From contig NC_092671.1 in the NCBI RefSeq assembly GCF_964355755.1, positions 14,322,001 through 14,386,000 of the forward strand: a DNA stretch of 64,000 nucleotides, read 5' to 3'. The DNA is from Antedon mediterranea. Its lineage: Eukaryota > Animalia > Echinodermata. Both the position numbers and the translations under genes were made by a program. This document shows, in pieces, positions 39,601 through 53,300 of the stretch; positions within the stretch are counted from its first letter, which is position 1, and every line of letters begins with the position of its first letter. The notes beneath the pieces were generated by a model. That model worked only from the letters and a program-made list of their open reading frames with translations, was not told the DNA's origin and made no database searches.

Positions 39601-41424
39601 GCAACATTGATCATTATGAATATCAAAATGCTGCAGATGATGAGAAGGGTTTAAAATAAATTGCTTGTCAACCGCAACACCGAGGTTATTAATACACATA
39701 ACAAAATGAAAGAAATCTATAAATCTTGTTTTATTTTCAATTAATATTTACTTATTATAGAAAAAAAAGATTAAGTTAAAGCCTTTTCTTCCTTGTATTT
39801 TATTGTTATATTTTCCAGTAATCAAAGTCGTTAAACTATAAAAAAGGACCCACAGTTCATCATCACCGCAATGCTTACTGTTTTTTTCTAGAATTTGATC
39901 GAATATATAAATGCACATTTTAGAAGCATATCTCCAATCACGTAGACATTCCTACATGCTCAAATACATTAATGTATGCTAAATTTGAAATATTTCATAT
40001 TTAACAAAATGGAGTTATTAATTAAGTAATGTTTAAGACGTCTTGTTCTTATATTGGTTTTGAATTAAAATGAAAAAAAAAAACCAATAAAAACACGATA
40101 TAGGCCTACTGTACGGTAGCCTTCGGAATAAGTAATTTTAACTATTTCGTCATCATTATTTATTTTTTGGGAGATTTATAAATGCTGATGATTAAAATGA
40201 CAAAGATAATAACATAAATGATGTAATGATGACTTATCTCGATTCAATGTGAGACACCAAAACTACAAGAATTCAATCAAACTCGGTACTAAACCATCTC
40301 TGCCCCATACCAGAACAACTCGGCCTCGCGTCGGCACCTTTTCATACTTCAGACGTTGCAAAACTGTTCATTTCAAAGATTTGGCACAATTACAGAAGCT
40401 ATCACTACATAATTTCATTCGTTACTTATAATAACATGGTATACTTACCGGAAATTGCTAAGTTCATAACAAAGAAATTCATTCTTGACTTTTTATGTCG
40501 AACAGTGTATAAAGCAAAAAGTACTGCTCCATTTCCAATCAAAATCGAAATGAAGAGGGACCACAAGACTATCAATTGTAAATCCTATAGACATAAAAAA
40601 CACTAGTTTTTTAGTTAATAGTAACAAAAAAAGCTATTATTCACACTTTTAGGGCTATTGCACAAACGGAAGACGGCGTCGTGTTGTTAAAAAATGGAAA
40701 ATCATATACGTCTTCCGTTCCGTGAAAAAGGTGACAAGTATGAAACTATAATTAATTAGGTAAAAGTAAACAAACTCAAGAATTGTAGCAAATGAATGTA
40801 AATGATTTAAGCCAAAACTAGCTGAGATTTATTTTTTTTAAATAGCGGACGTATAAACTAAGAACTCGTTCAATCATTTTCAAAAGATAATACATCAAAA
40901 GATTTGTTATGCTCAAACACGCATCGATTCTAGTCCAATGGATATAAAACAGATTTTGATGTATTAAGTATGTTCTGGCTTTAGGCCTACGACGGACTAT
41001 GACATCGGCAACATTGACGAATGTCACAATAAATTGTAATTATAAGTGAAATGCTTTTTTAAAACTATCAATTTTTTTTAAAGGTATTGTTTCCATACCA
41101 GTACCATTGACATTTTTCATACATAGAATTCACTACTAAACCCTTTTAATATTCTATGATTAATTCTCTTCTCTTCGTTTAGAAGAGCAATATAATCTTG
41201 TCGTGACAGTACACTTTTCTATGATATTGTGTAAGTTAGCATGTGTGGCTGGCATGTGTTATGTTCGGTGCTTGTATTTTCGGTACAACACATATCTGAT
41301 ATTGTAGCCTCAGCAGAGGTTAATTATTATAACTTACCCGATAAAGCACAATCCTGGACACCTCTTTTGTGGTGGGAGTCATTTCGGTCCAAAAGTCTGT
41401 ATAATTGTCCATATTATAATCCAT
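30508..41424 (-). CDS. Rhodopsin-class neuropeptide GPCR, NPS / CCAP / NG-peptide receptor family (cardioacceleratory peptide receptor-like), ~394 aa, 8 coding exons
   Basis: Exons 41338-41424, 40449-40584, 39089-39195, 36876-36969, 34286-34570, 33008-33130, 32396-32567, 30508-30688 (1185 nt, phases 0,1,0,1,1,1,2). Motifs: QLIVLW.LF...IGN, KKSRMNFFVMNLAISD, ACKLVKYIQ, LVALSVDRY..I.YPMNFS, QCW, FFIPL...FCY, SSRGLIPKAKVKT, FVLCWSPF, NLPAINSAVNPLIYGIFS. Confidence 0.92.
30777..32190. repeat. 21-bp minisatellite (cattggaccaatacacgtact)n, roughly 65 copies, in the last GPCR intron
   Basis: Directly visible; it produces the MSTCIGP-type ORFs. Confidence 0.97.
32396..32567 (-). CDS. GPCR exon TM6-TM7
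   Basis: FVLCWSPFIF...NLPAINSAVNPLIYGIFSTNLCRELK. Confidence 0.92.
33008..33130 (-). CDS. GPCR exon ICL3-TM6 start
   Basis: RASSRGLIPKAKVKTIYITLSIVI, the CCAP/NPS-receptor ICL3 signature. Confidence 0.92.
34023..34215. mobile_element. hAT-like MITE
   Basis: TIRs CAGTGGCGTAACG / CGTTACGCCACTG, GC-rich body with gggccc-like motifs; 8-bp TSD not preserved. Confidence 0.65.
34286..34570 (-). CDS. GPCR exon TM4-ECL2-TM5
   Basis: RRAHMMAAAAWITP...TQCW...LYTIYVMCILFFIPLVVILFCYCSIIITIW. Confidence 0.92.
35171..36062. repeat. ~221-bp tandem repeat, 4 copies, in a GPCR intron
   Basis: tgttcactgttggtacatcagt at 35171, 35404, 35625, 35846. Confidence 0.95.
36876..36969 (-). CDS. GPCR exon TM3/DRY
   Basis: AASLTASSCQLVALSVDRYLAIIYPMNFSGR. 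Confidence 0.92.
39089..39195 (-). CDS. GPCR exon TM2-ECL1-TM3 start
   Basis: DIIVGFFEVLVQLIHRGYTGTWETGNIACKLVKYIQ; CAG acceptor, CAG|GTATGT donor. Confidence 0.92.
39294..39449. mobile_element. Tourist/PIF-Harbinger-like MITE
   Basis: TIRs tgcgtggttcccactag / ctagtggaaaccaagct, flanked by TAA on both sides, with internal gacgcaac/gttgcgtc inverted repeats. Confidence 0.75.
40449..40584 (-). CDS. GPCR exon TM1-TM2 start
   Basis: DLQLIVLWSLFISILIGNGAVLFALYTVRHKKSRMNFFVMNLAIS; AG/GT bounded. Confidence 0.92.
41338..41424 (-). CDS. GPCR first coding exon (MDYNMDNYTDFWTEMTPTTKEVSRIVLYR)
   Basis: ATG, N-glycosylation sequon NYT, donor CGG|GTAAGT phase 0 matching the TM1 exon; an acceptor lies 12 nt upstream of the ATG. 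Confidence 0.7.
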
Positions 41425-42647
41425 AATGCAATGCGTCTATAAACACTGTGCACAGTGGTACTTATATGTGAAAGGGCATATCAATTCAAAGATATAATCT
41501 ATGGAGATAAAAAAAATGTTTTTAATCAATTAAACGAGAATAATATTATGTTTGTTTTTATTTATTTACCCCATGATAGTCAATGTAATACTGTCCACAT
41601 ATTCTATCGATGCTTTTTTTAAACAAAACAACGAACGACTGACTGATGATGATGGTGATGGGATTCAACAGAAGCAAACTTAATTTCTGTATAAATGATA
41701 TATGTTGAATAAGATAGATTCTTGAAACTTTTAGTGATGGTCATGGTAGATTTGAACCAATGCCTACTTAAACTCGGTCAACTTGACTAAACTAGTCAGT
41801 GGTTTCTATAAATGCCTTCGGAGTTAAACAAGGTTTCATTGCTGGCACACAAACGTGTTAAACACTGCTGGACTTTTGCATAATAATAATAATAACGGTA
41901 ACTGACACTCTATTATGATATGCAAGTCCTTTATGTGTCCTTTATATGTCACCCTTAAAATCTGACATTCTTGATAAGGAATGTTATTATTATCAAAAGA
42001 AATAACATTTAGCTTTTATTATTGTAAATGGCAGCATTGCGTATATGGATGCATTATGCAAAAACGCATTAGTATCATATCGGTCAGAACAAGTTTGACC
42101 CATATCACGACCTACATCTGGAAATGCCTAAGGAATACTTTTACTATTAAATCGGGCTATTTAGCTGCACGATGTAACTTATGAATTACTTTAAAATCTT
42201 GTTAATCTCTGTCTTTTGCCATTTAATTTAATTAGATTTAATCCAAAGAATATTTTACGTATAACTCGAGAGTTCGACGACTATATAGGGCACCGTAAGA
42301 CGTTATTATATCCATTTTGCTTATTTATTATACATTGCTAATTATTCTACAAAAGAAACATTGTGTAATAATTTTAAAAATAATAAATGTCATCATATGG
42401 CTTTAAATATAAGTGTATTTCCAATGTAATATCAGATCTAAAGATGAGAAACAAGTATTTCGTATAATTTAAATGTTAAAATGTTATCGGTAAAAATAGC
42501 ATACGGTAAAGTTTTAAAGTATAAAAAGTTAATAGACATCATGCTTTCAAATGATACATATATGTCATAATGGTCTGCAATATTATACGTGGGTAACAAA
42601 CTGCAACATATTGTGAACCTACACGTTCCCTAAGCTAAGGCATTGTA

Positions 42648-43699
42648 TCTATATATAAATTTACGTAAGGGCTAAAAATAGGGGTGTTTTTCCGATCGTG
42701 GTATACACTGTCTAATGCATGTCCATCGTGAAAAATACCCGCATACAATAATACGAGGATGCTTCGCATTTTCCTATCTCCTCCTACGATAATTGTTTTT
42801 AATGGCTGAAAACCGGTTGAACAGCTCGAGTACAGCATCATAATGTTGAAGACAGGCCGATTTTCTTTAAAAAATACTATTTTGATAGATTTAATATACG
42901 TTTATACAAATGTATTGATTTGCGAGGAATGGAACATTCTAATCTCGCAAACTCCCAGTTTGTAGGTAAATTTATGAGCCCTTGGTTTAACGCAAGTAGG
43001 TAAATTTATGGGCCCGTGGAAAATAAAACTTATATATAGTATTGCAATACTTTGACAAAATTGTAAATACTGTACGTATTAACCATTTTTGTTTGCCATT
43101 TGAATCGATATTGTCTTACTGTGTATGTTGTTACTGTTAGATATATAAACAAAATATACACAGAACATTTATTACTGTGACTGTGGGTAGATTACTGACA
43201 GTTGCTTCTCAACGTTTGTATTAATTAATAATTATAAAAAATATAAACGTCATAGTAGTGTATCGTTACATGTACTTTACTATTTCAATCGACTATAACA
43301 GGGACAGTTTTAAAAAAAGCATTTTAAATCGTAAATGTTTTACTGTGTTTAGTAGTAAATTATTGATAGGCCTATAAAACATTTAAAACAATATTTCGTT
43401 ACTGAGTGGATAGAGAATATATTTAAAAATTGTTCTTCCTATCTTCTTCTCCATCCCTCAACTCTAATGTTATATACAAAACACAAATTGGGTTTGTTTA
43501 AATGAGTTCAGATAAAAAAATTGGACTCATTTTTTAGACAAGGCCTAATTCCCAGGGTGCTAATTTTACATAAATTATCATGTCTATTTAATCGTTTCTG
43601 TAAACGACAATGTACTATAGTCCTGCGGTACGTACATTTTTTACGCTGAAATTAACTGTGTATTCGCGAACCATCTGTGTGGACACGACCTAGATGGTA
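42648..43699 (+). mobile_element. Non-autonomous Helitron, copy 3 (internal deletion, 3' hairpin truncated)
   Basis: A|TCTATATATAAATTTACGTAAGGG start; collinear with copy 1; ends acgacctagatggta. Confidence 0.85.
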
Positions 43700-46600
43700 A
43701 TTACTTTCAACTTTATTCACATCATACAAACAGTAAAATATATGAAAAGGAGCCAAAAAATAGCTTTCACTAATCGAGGTTTGGTTCCTGAATTAATTGA
43801 CTGTGAGTAAGGTACACATTTTTTTGACCGGTTGTTTGTGGATAACAAAATGATCACATAGAAGCACATACACAAGTTTTGGGGATTCTTAACTTGGAAA
43901 GACCATAACAATGGACTTAAGGCTCTCAAATAATGAGGCTAAAATATGATGATACTCATGGCAGCTTATGATCTAATGTACTAGTAATACGTATTCTAGT
44001 AATAAATAAGTTTTGTTTTTAAGAGAGAAGAAAATATACTATACTGAATACTAATACACAATAATGTAAAAACATATAAATACATTTTTCTCACATTAGT
44101 TCTACACACATGAGCATTAATTCATTAATTTGAACCAAAATGCATGTATAAATTTCAATTGAGACTGACATGTCAATATTGGGTTGCTTGTTTCTATCTA
44201 TTAAAATTCTATGATTTGATAGATGTATGTATTACTTATAATTACAAGAAACAAGACAAATTAATGCACTTTAGCTCATGAACAGACACATGATGTAATG
44301 ACGTCAGTAATGAAAATGCTTCAAGAAAGGTAGAGAGTATTTTGAATAACTTTTACAAAACAATGACAAGTTTATGAACTTGCATGTTACATGATAATGT
44401 TCAAACTTGTTTTGCGACAGTTTGTGTTATATAATGCTCTGAGTGACGACGGTGAAATGTTTTCTAAGGAAAATAGTTGGATGTGACAGGAAACATTAGG
44501 AAAGTGAACATTTAGTTATCAAAACGAAAATAAGTCGAGTTTAACATATTGTGCACAGTTTTATAATTTGAGATTCATCGTCGTCGTCGTCAAAGCCAGA
44601 TCAGAGAATGGCTTCTGTAGCAGTATTACACAAACACATTTGTGTTCTGTGATGGCACTAGTTACAATCCGTTATGCGTGATTAATTAATGACGTGAAAT
44701 ACAAACGGGCATAAAATTAGAGGTTCACTTCGAGTACGGGTATGCACCATGATAATTATGTTGTAAATAAAGTTGAATTATTTTAGTCGATTCCCGTTGT
44801 TTTGTCACAGACCACCCTGTCAACCCTGTGTTTTAAATTTCGATTGTTTCACTTATTACCGTACACAATTAAAAGTTCCAAACTATTGATTACCAAGACA
44901 TTAAGCAGCAACAAATTGTATATTTATTTTTAATTCCTGAAAGTACAGGTATTACTATAATTATCTAATTCAATGCATTTCTCCAGTTCAATTACGGCGT
45001 CGGTCAACTGACAGGTTAACTGGCAAACAACTTTTAAGTTGAAACGTGTTGACACTCTCCGTCCCACAAAGATTAATTGCCACAGTAAATAGTATAGGGC
45101 TAATATTACAAATCTGATATGGACATTTTCTAAATCACCTGAAGTCCCCATGGAAAAGTATATCGATATATAGAAAATGTAATGTATACAGTTAAAGGGA
45201 TATTATATAACATAAAATTTCATTGAATAGCCAATCTAAAGAATGACACCTCTTTAGTGAAACGGCTTTCAGAGTCTGTATACTGGATTAAAAATTGAAA
45301 CTTTATGGGTTCAATGGTAAATAATTACTGAATTATACCGTTTTGTCTCTCTGATCTTCACACAAACAACTTTAAATGTATTCACAGAGGAATGTAGACG
45401 TATTTGTGTAGTTCGTGACCAAAACGTTTTGATACAATGAAATAATCCTGCGAAGCCATCATTCATTACACCATTGCGATTTAGGTTCCGCAAGCATTTA
45501 ATTTTTGAAAAATTGTAATTTAGGCCGATTTGTTTGCCTTTGCACCAATATTTAATTTGATATAATATAGGGTATTCATCGTGCTTTAAAGTCACACACC
45601 ACATTTGCTTACTGTCTACATATCGAAATCCATCTTGACAACCGTAACGGCATCAAAACACAATTCTTAATGAAGTGAAATTCCACAACCTCTTTCTCAT
45701 GTATATGGGTGATTGCTTGCTGCGTCTAGTGCAATACAGGATAATTCAATTTATCACTTCAATGTTTTCTCAAGTGTAAATTTATTTTTACATTGTTATA
45801 ATATGCCAGCAATTCAACATTCCCATCCAAGTTATTGAAATAAATGAACACTTTCAACATACTGGGCCTGTGGTAAACAGTCCTGGATTGGCACTGGATA
45901 TATAGGGTTCAAGTATCATCGAAAAATTCCGTAGAACCTCATGTGTTTCACATGTGACGACTGTATCATAGACTCTAACTTAACCCTTAACATACCCTTT
46001 CATGATACAGTAAACACTTGTGATACATGTTGTATTACGGAATATTCCTATAAATAGGCCTACTGGACAAATATATACATCATTCGACATTAATTATAAT
46101 ATTTCATTCATTCAGTTATATGTTGAGATACATCAGTTCAAATCAGGTGACAGATCATCGAAGAAGACTTCCTTCATGGTCGATTTGATTTGAGTTAACA
46201 TCTACAATTGTTGAAGTTCAACCGAGTTCAACTTCAACGTTTGTTAGAACTGACCAATGGTTCACAAATTACGTCATCATAGTTGGTAAAAAGATACATA
46301 CGCGTACTCCACTACACCGAGAAACTGCAGAAATAAGCAGAGCGGTCGTGGCGCGCGGAACGGCGATAAGTAAGTAACTAAGACTGCATTAATTTTTAAA
46401 ATATTATTTAAAAAATCTCGTCTTAAAAGATGCAGAATATAAGAACAATGACAGATAAATGATGAATTCTAAATATCATCATCCTGCCAATTTCGTACTT
46501 GTTGTTGAATGTATGACATTGGTTTTGGTAGAAGTAATCCAGTGTACTCACTCATATTCTGAATCTACATTAAAGTTTAATGCAAATACAACTATGAAAA

Positions 46601-46824
46601 GGTCCACATAATCACCCTGAATGAACATTGTTACTACTACCTGTATATAATTAGGTCAATGATCTTTTTTAACGCATTGATTAAAATGAACTCCTTTTTT
46701 AATAAACTATATTTAATAAAGCTTAGTCAATAAAATTAAACAATTGGTTATTAACTTTCAATATATATACATCAACAATGAGAAAATATCGAATAGGCCT
46801 ATATTATTATGGTTCATTTATTAA

Positions 46825-46872
46825 ATAATAATAATAATAATAATAATGATAATAATAATAATAATAATAATA
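46825..46872. repeat. (AAT)n microsatellite
   Basis: Directly visible. Confidence 0.9.
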
Positions 46873-47926
46873 TTTTGGTTAAACATAAAATGTCACTGGT
46901 CAACCATTGGCCTACATAAGCTGCAACTTCGTAAGTAATGCCATTAATAAGGAGAAATGAAAATCTATCGGCTTGTCTGCAGCTGATCGCCTCAACGTAA
47001 CGAGAATATTATGTATCAAAAGATTCTGCATCAGTTACAGATGTTGCAAATAATTCCATGATAAATGTTTATTGTGGACACTATGACATAACGATACAGC
47101 ATAATTAGTTCGAAAGCTTTACATTAAAGGACCTGTCAGCCATACCTGTTATTAGGCCCATTTCAGACTAGATGCAAATCAACGTGATGCAACTTCCTAA
47201 TCCGATGATAGAAAACTGTATACCGAATCACAATTATAATAGGCCTACAAGACCCTGCAATCAGATTCAATTAAATTAAAAGGTCAACAAATTAAATTAT
47301 CATTCATTTTGCAGAATGGACTTAATTTCTGTGCAAACTTTAGTAAATAATAAATAAATTCCAAAAAAGCAGGCACCTGTAAGAACTGTTATACCGCATA
47401 TACGTACGGTACGTCTTAACGTCATAGATATCGTGCGTAATTCACTGTACAAATGTATTTGTTCTTTTTGATTTTTTTTCAGTTATTTAAAAACGTTTAG
47501 ATAGTAAATTCCAATATAATAGAGATATAGCGGTATTTAAGAAACTTATGGTGTATTTGAACGTATGTTGACCTTATGCTAACTGCTGAATATATACATT
47601 AAGAAGTGAAATTAAATTCCGAAAATAGATAATATGATCTCTTTCTATAACTAACAAGCCATACGTAATTGGCTCTCACATCAATCAGCTAAATCCTTAC
47701 AGCACAACCTGAAGTGCTGTTGTAAGACGGGCCCTCAATCTATTAAAGTATATATATATTCAGCCTTATTCTACATGTGCCCTTTGATTGAATATGTTAG
47801 TCATGCAGCCTATTTCAACATCATTACAAAACAGTGAAGAATGAAATTCCGCGGCACTACCTACTATATAGCTATATTATTACAGTAGAAGCCATAGCGG
47901 ACACATTTGGACGTATACCTAACAAA

Positions 47927-48094
47927 GTGTCCCTTTAATATAGGAGTGTCGCCTTGATATAGGAGTGTCCCCTTGATATAGGAGTGTCCCCTTGATATAG
48001 GAGTGTCCTCTTAATATAGGAGTGTCCCCTTGATATAGGAGTGTCCCCTTGATATAGGAGTGTCCCCTTGATATAGGAGTGTCCCCTTGATATA
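47927..48094. repeat. 19-bp minisatellite (ggagtgtccccttgatata)n, ~9 copies
   Basis: Directly visible. Confidence 0.95.
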
Positions 48095-50214
48095 GTTTCT
48101 TGTATTCTGACTGCAACATTTCTCCAACACACTACCAATTTCCAAAGACTTCATGTCAACGCTTTTCGGCAAGCAATCTGATATGCCCCCGGTTTATTGT
48201 CTGTAGACATGATACCCTACACCTGTTACATGAAGAATTATGCACTGGATAATAGACCTGTCACTTCAACCCATTGATAACATGTAGGCCTAGATCATAA
48301 GCATGTTCACATCATGAGGTGGGATTCCGGAGAAAAATCGTGGAAAACGGGTATTGAACCGTACAAATTTTGATCGGGAGCGCAGATTCGTATCTGAAAG
48401 TCATTCGTTAAAAAAATCGTCCGGAATTTTTCCTCTAACCAATCAACGTTCTTGTATGTAAACTCAATATCTTATCGATTTTATACGTATGTGAATTATT
48501 AATTTATTCGTTATGATCGTTAATACTATAATAAAAGACTGCACACATGTGGCATGTGTCTTAGTGTACTTTATTATCATGATAAAAGTGTATCGATTAA
48601 AAAGGGAATAACAACAATGATCATTTTTAAGGATCACACGGGCAAAATGAGATCGTTGAACTTCAGAATACAATTTGAATGGTCTATATTTTTATGTTTT
48701 TTAATTAAAAAATTGCATCGATTTATGATGTAACTTAGTTTAATAAAATGTTACTTCAAACACGTACACACCGATACAAGGTCTACAAAGGCCCTTTGAA
48801 TGGAATAACTACAGTACAAATGTTTTCATTATAAAATGAACTGAAATACGTTACCGGTAATCTTATTAAAAAGACAATAGAAAAACCAAATAATCGTTCG
48901 TATCAACTACACATACCTTCTTAGAAAGAATTTACTTCATAATCGAATTAGAATTTGTATTAGGATTAATGATCGTATTGAAATCGTCCATTACTATAAC
49001 TAAGGAAGCCTTGGTATTTATACTGGGAGGATGAATCTAAAACTGTTTTCACACATTATCAGAAGTATTAATGTTGGGCGTTAATAGTACGATTTGTTGG
49101 GTGTTACGGTGCCACAATTTGATATATTTTGGGCAAGGAAATCTAAAACAGTGTCTGACATCGTCTCAAAGTTATTTTTGGTATTCAGGGGAAAATTACA
49201 AAAGTCAGCACTGTGGTTATGTTGCGAGTGTTGTCAGAAAAATATAGATTATCGGATACAACTCCTAGAAAGCAGGAAACCTTTTGCCATTTAATTAATA
49301 CGATGGTCCTACTGTGGATCTCGGATAAGCTCTACTTTTCTCACACAATCAATTGGCAAAGTGATTTATGCTAGGATTTCGTGTCTCGAAACTTTACTTA
49401 AAATAAGCCGACATAATTATTGATGTATGTGAACTTTTTGGATAAACTTATTCATGTTTGTTGATTGTTTGTACGTATCCTAAGATACGATGCTCACTCA
49501 CCTGCAAGTGCAGGTTACTGAAACTTCAGCCCCTGCATACGGTTGCACAATTTTCGACTGCTAAAAATATTTCTTTTCTAGGAATATAGGACCCATGGTT
49601 AGAGACTTTCAGGGGTAATAAAGGGACGGTATTCCAACACAAGTTAAAAATAGCACTACTTACCTATCGACCTGTTTATCAACCCGGGTGGATTAAAACC
49701 GATTGGTATAATTTTAAAAACATTAACTCTAAGTAAGCAGTGTAAAACCAAACTAAATGTATATGCGTGGTTGCTGTGAACATGTTATTCTTAATGCAAA
49801 ACGATTAACCAATCAATAGATTTCAGTCTTTAAAGCAACAAGCTTTCTAAGCGCCACAAAAAATGTAATACGTCTGATCAATCACAGACAAAACAACAAC
49901 CAGAAAACAAAACACTAAGAAGTGAACGTTGTGGGAATCCGATCTTAAGCAAACATTGTTGATCAATGTATTCAAAATAAATTATATACAAAAAGGCGTT
50001 TTCCTAAAATCCGGCTTTACAGTCGGACAAACTTTCACAATCGACTTGGTGAATAACTTCACATTCCACCTGGGAGCAGCGCTGCAGCAAAGCAAATTGA
50101 CAGTGAGGAAAGAGACCTGTGGTGGGCCTACAATCTACTAGGCCTACTATCCTGTTAATATTGGGGTCCCATGAAAAAGGGTATCCAAAAGGAGACCCAT
50201 ACCCAGACCCAGAC

Positions 50215-50372
50215 ATTTGGAATAATCTTTCAAGCACATTTCGTGACTCATCTTCAATTATAATTTTCAAAAAACTCTTGAAAACCCATCTTTTCCCGAA
50301 ATAATTATTTTCACCAGATGATCGGTCGATCCTTGTAAAGGCGCTATATAAATTGAAATGTAATATAATGTA
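50215..50372 (+). mobile_element. 3' end of an L2/CR1-type LINE
   Basis: ORF2 C-terminal motif WNNL...FKKLLKTHLF* followed by gtaaaggcgctatataaat and a short repeat tail. Confidence 0.7.
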
Positions 50373-53300
50373 AAGGAGGGGCTATACGTAGGTCATTATC
50401 ATTATTGTTATGACCTTGTAACACAGACTACGAATATATATTTTGACAGCAGGCCTACTCACACTATAGAATATACTTATGTTTCAATACAAGAGTATAT
50501 TTACTTCCTCCAAAAAAATAGAGTTTAACTGAAGAGAGATCCCTCCGTCATTGTGTACATTTAAACAAAGATCTTATTTATATATTTCAATATCTATCTC
50601 TTACCTTTGAATATGATTTTAGATATAAAGTACAGTGATCAATGTACCAGCTACCTACCTATGTCAATATTGTGCTTGCAAATAAAGCAAAAAAGCTATT
50701 GATAAATGGATGTATCTTTAGGTGATACCGGTAAAAAAGGATTATTGTTAAGGAGGTTAAATTGATGTGAAAAACAACATGATGTCAATTGTCAATTGAA
50801 CAGATAAATACGATATAATAGACATTAAATATTAACACAGCCTTGAGTTGACTTAACGTGATACATCAGAACTGTTAAGACACTATATGAATAAAGAAGA
50901 ACATGTTCGTGAGTGCTCTTGATACTATGCAAGTAAATATTCACGGACTTACTATTATGTTAGCACCCGTGACTATGCCAATTAACGTACATCAACCTTC
51001 ACCACGTTAAATGTATTGGCACAAAAAAAAAATACATCTAACCTACCAGATATGGCCGATGCAATGGCATTTCAATTAAATAATTAATCAAACTATTAAA
51101 GGGAGTTTAAATCTTAAATAAATATTTATTCTGAATTAATGAGTTTGTGCCAATAGTAATTGGCGAAAGTGCATTTTATTCATTTTATAACAGCAATCTA
51201 AATTAGCTAAACGAACCACATCAACAAAGTCTAGTAACTTAAATATGTGTTTATTGTATTAATTTAAAAACTAATAAAACATTTCTCACTCCCCTTTTTA
51301 GTAGATTTCAGCCAAATATTTTAAACTGTAGCATCTCTAAAAGCGGAAAATGCACGTTTCAAAATACATCGACTGCCTTTGTTAATTTTATCATCTTATA
51401 GATTCAGATGGTACCATGCATGGTACCATAGAGTTATTATAGAAATAACTAGGTGACAGAGAAGTGATGTGAACATGGGTAGAGACCACAACAACGCTTT
51501 CTGAGAAAGAGAAACAAGTTGACATTGACCACCAGACTTAAAGGAAGCCAACAGTAAATCAAAACACGCCAGGACGGTGCTAGATTGTGTTTAGAGCTTA
51601 ATGTCTAGTATACTCTAAGTATACAACCTCTATTAGTTGTCACAGAAATTCAATTTATCTTTTAAGTACTGTGCATTTGGTAATCTGTGAATATATGAGA
51701 TGTTAGAAATATTCATTTATTCAAATATCAATCCGTAATTTACCGACAAATAGTAATTGAATGTCTATTTAATGGAAATAAAGTCTGTAAAATATATGCA
51801 CCTACAGTGTACCCAGAAGGCTATATATTAATAAATTAAAAACAAAACAACCTAAAAACGAATGTACAGTCCCACTGGCGCGAAAGATAATAATCCAATC
51901 TAGATTAATATTCGTTCATATATAGAATTGAACTTTGAGCATTTCCAATTTAAGTTCCATGAATGTTAAATTTAATCAACTACCATAAACCTGCGAGTTT
52001 AGCAGTATAAACCAATAGTTATAAAATCGACTTGAAAGGCTGTCAAGCTATCAGAATTATTAACTTCTTCAATACAAGCCATGATAATTAGTGATTATTG
52101 AAAACATTCCAACAAACAAGCTGTTAAGTAGGTCCTGTGATACTTAGAGAATAGTAATCGTAAGAGAATAGTATACTTAAGAAATAAGATTCTTTTCAAA
52201 TGTTTTCCTATTCTCAGTGTTACGTAGTTTTGTTTTTACTTTTATAATAGTATGTATCCGTAAAGGGCACAGATGTATATTTTCATTTGTAAAAGACTCA
52301 ATAAACTGTGTAAACTAATACAATATTAAAGAAACACACTTTGGAATCTTCAGCGGCAGCTAAGTCACAATTGTACAAAAGTTAAGTAAAAAGACACACT
52401 GGTTACCATAGTTATCAGTGGTTAGAAGAAGACATACTGACAATGGTTAGTAGTATCAAGTTAATCTAACAACAAGATGCTGAGCTCCGGAGATCAAATG
52501 ATTTATCTGTGGCTGCGACACGATCTGTTCAACGCCCGGAGAATGTGTACATAGTACAGTACTGTTGTATTTGTCGCAGCCAGACATAAGATCAAAGAAT
52601 TGTTACGAGTTCCTATCTTGACAAGGCGAGCTCAGTGTCTTTGTAATATGTACTATAAGAAGTCTTGAAGCATGAGAGTTATTTAAATATCTTTTCACAA
52701 ATGACAAAGGTACAGCGACTAATACTATAATTCATAAATTAAAACTTTGCGGTATTTTACATTCTTCGGCAATTGCACCATAATTGTTGAGGATTAAAGA
52801 TATCTTACAACGTCATTTTCAGTTCAAACGTTCACGCCGCGTGTTGCAAGAACTGTATTATACAAGTGCTTGTGTGTATACACTTAATTTAAAGAGAAGA
52901 TTAAAACAAAATCATATAATTATTCAAAAGTATAAAAAATAAAAGTATAAATATCTCATTTCTGAAGCGGTTGTTCTTAAATGATTAAGTTAATTGGTAA
53001 TTAAGGAAGAAACCGAAGAGTAACAAAAATAAATAATTTAGATGTTACTGGTCAGTCAACTGACAGCGTTACCGTATGCGTATGCCTGCATACATGAACC
53101 AGCGTATTATACACACATAAATAAGTGCTTTATAAATACGAATACGTTATCAAAGTGAAATCGAGGATGTTCTATCCACCACGTTGACAGTGAAAAGGGT
53201 TAGGCTATGATGACTCGATTGCCGCCTCATTTTTTAAATGTTCATGATTTTTTAATACATTCTTTAAGAGTACCTATAAAGTGAAATGCAGATAATCAAA

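Noticed and set aside
9063-41424. Functional link between the neuropeptide receptor and the adjacent secreted protein
   Set aside because: Only adjacency and shared strand; no sequence evidence of co-regulation
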